The notes beneath the pieces are model-generated. The model worked only from the letters and a program-made list of their open reading frames with translations. It ran no database searches and was not told where the DNA came from. A DNA stretch of 64,000 nt from the NCBI GenBank assembly GCA_038087875.1, contig CM075987.1, positions 27,034,001-27,098,000 on the forward strand, given 5' to 3'. Positions 60,934 to 64,000 of the stretch are shown here, piece by piece. The position numbers and the translations under genes were made by a program. The first letter of the stretch is position 1. Every line of letters starts with the position of its first letter. Origin of the DNA: Malacoraja senta (Eukaryota).

Positions 60934-61542
60934 TCTATATAACTAAAAGTCTCATCTTGACCACTTCCTGTCTGCGCTGTGTATTGATTTTAGAAAAAAC
61001 GCTACCATATATCGCTATGATTTTTGGCCATCTTACTCACAATCCTCCTCCGCTGAGGCAGCCCCGGGGATTTTTCCGATCGATTAAAAATAAAAAAATT
61101 ATGAGTGTTTAAAAAATCTTGAGATCAGCTGATTGGTCCTCTCGCCTGTCAATCACCACGATGACGGTAACGGCCCTTCCAGGGGGTGGTAGGACTATAA
61201 AACCCCGGATGCCTGGATGTGAGTCAGTCACTCTGGAAGATCGCGAGGGAGAGTCCACAACTGTGATTCTAAGCTGTGAATCAACTGAACTGTGAGTCTG
61301 CAATGTATTTGCAATAAATGATTTGTTAGCCCTTAATGACAATGCAATGAGTTGTTTGGCAATTTGGTGGTTGCACTCTGCTTGAAATGCTATGAAATAG
61401 AATTTGGTGGACTGCACTCTGCTTGAAATGCTATGAAATTGAATTTGGTGGCCTGCACTCTGCTTGAAATGCTATGAAATTGAATTTGGTGGCCTGCACT
61501 CTGCCTGAAGTGCTATGAAATTGAGTTTGGTGGCCTGCACTA
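60934..61542 (+). mobile_element. Probable non-autonomous Helitron 5' part ending in a satellite
   Basis: Begins A|TCTATATAACTAAAAGT, a typical Helitron 5' terminus. No CTAG 3' end found. Confidence 0.5.
61361..61542. repeat. 41-bp tandem repeat, about 4.5 copies
   Basis: Unit GAATTTGGTGGCCTGCACTCTGCTTGAAATGCTATGAAATT; units start at 61361, 61401, 61442, 61483 and 61524. Confidence 0.95.
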
Positions 61543-62444
61543 TGTTTCACTGACCCAGTGTTAAATGCATGCAGAAATTCTGCAGCTTGGAAAATCTCAG
61601 TGCAATGCTCTCCCTTCCTGCACTTGCTTCTTATGTGAACAAGCACTTTGGAATCTTGCTCCATGACCACTACTTACACGGTGGAAGATCAACACAGTCA
61701 TTAGTGGGGAAATTAATAAAGCAGCTAATGCAGTGAGGAAAAGAAAGATTTACCTGACGGTGTCTCAATACACAGTCCTTCCCACGAGGACTGACAAAAC
61801 CTCTGACAACATAGAAACATAGACAATAGGCGCAGGAGGAGGCCATTTGGCCCTTCAAGCCAGCACCGCCATTCATTGTGATCATGGCTGATCATCCCCT
61901 ATCAATAACCCGTGCCTGCCTTCTCCCGTATCCCTTGATTCCACTAGCCCCTAGAGCTCTATCTAACTCTCTCTTAAATCCATCCAGTGATTTGGCCTCC
62001 ACTGCCCTCTGTGGCAGGGAATTCCACAAATTATTAATTATTGCCTGATCCGTTCAGTGGCGCAGCGGTAGAGTTGCCGCCTCACAGCGCCAGAGACCCG
62101 GGTTCGATCCTGACTGCGGGTGCTGTCTGTAGGGAGTTTGTACATTATCCCCGTTACCTGCGTGGGTTTTCTCCAAGATTGTATTTATTCTTTCTGATAT
62201 TAGTTTGCATATTTACTCCTCCATCTCCTTCCCGCCTGTTGCCTACATTGTGCACAGGGTATAGTATATCAAGAAAATGCGTTAACTCCACAAATATATC
62301 ATTAATCTGTGTTTACATGAGTAACCTACAGGAGAATCAATGGTATAAACCTTCTCACAGGACTATTCAACTGCACTGCCCAAAGTCGCAAACTAAAAGC
62401 CCAGAATGAGCTACACAAGGTGCTTGTTAACCTATTTTCAGTGG

Positions 62445-62893
62445 AGTCATAAAGTGATGCAGCATGGAAAACGGTCCTTCAGCCAAACTTGCCCACACCG
62501 GCCAAAATGTCCCATCTATACTAGTCACACCTACCCACGTTGAGGTCCATATCCCTCCAAACCTGTCCTATCCATGCACCTGTCTAACTGTTTCTTAAAT
62601 GTTGGGGTAGTCCCAGCCTCAACTACCTCCTCTAGCAGCTTGTTCCATACACCCACTGCCCTTTGTGTGAAAATATTACCCCTCAGATTCCTATTAAATT
62701 TTTTCCCCTTCACCTTGAACCTATGTCCTCGATTTCCCTACTCTGTGCATCTACCCGATCTATTCCTCGCATGAGTTTATACACCTTTATAAGATCACTC
62801 CCTCATCCTCCAGCGCTCCAAAGAATAGAGACACAGCCTACTCAACCTCTCCCAGTAGCTCAGACCCTCGAGTCCTGGCAACATCCTTGTGAA
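62445..62893 (-). mobile_element. CR1 LINE 3' end
   Basis: Same family as 34988-35420. Confidence 0.83.
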
Positions 62894-63463
62894 TAGTAGG
62901 TGATTGATGCAAAAACAAGAACAAATAGATTATTAATATGGCTGTGTGTGGGTGCATTAACTCTGACTCATTCATTTGTCATTAGTTTAGTAACAAGTCC
63001 CACCTATCTCATGTTGTACTTTCACACTGGTAATTAGAGGCATCATTACAATGCATGCAGTTTCATTCTAAATGTGATCTTTCCAGACAACACTTTGCTG
63101 CATTGCAAGGGAAGGAACATATGGTGGCAGGGTGTCTGAAATTCACAATTCCCAATTACGGGTGCTGTCGAACAGAGTTTGTACGTTCTCCCTGTGACCG
63201 CGTGGGTTTTCTCTGAGATCTTCTATTTCCTCCCACACTCCAAAGACGTACAGGTTTGTCGGTTAATTGGTTTGGTGTAAATGTAAAAAAACTGTCAATA
63301 CTGTGTGTACAACAGTGTTATTGCGCGGGGATCGTTGGTCGGTGGGGACTCGGTGGGCTGAAGGGACCGTTTCCGCGCTGTATCTCTAAACTATAAAAAG
63401 CTAAACATTCATGAACAGCCGAGCTATACAATCAGGGCAGAGAAGACGCAACTCAACTCAAAG

Positions 63464-63860
63464 AGCGTTTGTCGGCACTGGGCCTCTACTCGCTGGAGTT
63501 TAGGAGGATGAGAAACTTACCGAATAGTGAACGGACTGGATAGAGTGGATGTGGAGAGGATGTTTCCACTTGTGGGAGAGTCTAGGACCAGAGGTCACAG
63601 TCTCAGAATTAAAGGACATTCCTTTAGAAAGGAGATGATGAGGAATTTCTTTAGTCAGAGGGTGGTGAATCAGTAGAATTTATTGCCACGGACAGCTGTG
63701 GAGGCCAAGTCAATGGATATTTTTAAGGCACAGATTGACAGATTCTGGGTGTCAGGGGTTATGGGGAGAAGGCAAGAGAATGAGGTTGAGAGTGAAAGAT
63801 AGATCAGCCATGATTGAATGGCAGAGTAAACATGATGGGTCGAATGGCCTAAATCTGCTC
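63464..63860 (+). mobile_element. CR1 LINE 3' end
   Basis: Same family as 23748-24345 and 49930-50270. Confidence 0.8.
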
Positions 63861-64000
63861 TGATGAAAGAACTCACAACTTTCTTAAAGGTTTTCTGATT
63901 TCTCTTAAAAAATAATTGGAATTTACATGTCCTCCCAGTAATCACAAGGAAGAAACTGTCCCTGAATCTGGAGGTGTGCGTTTTCACACTTCCGCAACTC

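Noticed and set aside
61361..61542. CRISPR-like array
   Set aside because: Contiguous units with no unique spacers, no cas genes, and vertebrate context.

Overview
Gene-free, repeat-saturated vertebrate DNA, almost certainly from an elasmobranch (shark, skate or ray), judged from abundant HE1-type V-SINEs and HER1/CR1 3' ends. I can support no host exon. Main contents: a young, intact 4.6-kb Gypsy LTR retrotransposon (13174-17770, minus strand, single 1311-aa gag-pol ORF); a decayed DIRS-type tyrosine-recombinase retroelement (27564-33160) containing a stop-free Rex1/Babar RT fragment; two Tc1 elements; Harbinger-like MITEs; an internal L1 fragment; a Helitron-like 5' end with a 41-bp satellite; and many CR1, Rex, Penelope and SINE fragments. 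The most notable signal is structural RNA. Three 143-157 bp insertions from two sequence families have 12-bp TSDs and (GAA)n tails and begin with a minimal HDV/CPEB3-like self-cleaving ribozyme fold; in the two full-length copies the predicted cleavage site is the first base of the element. Many short Penelope-derived insertions also carry a minimal hammerhead-ribozyme motif. All calls come from manual reading. Coordinates of degraded repeats are approximate and ribozyme activity is predicted, not shown.
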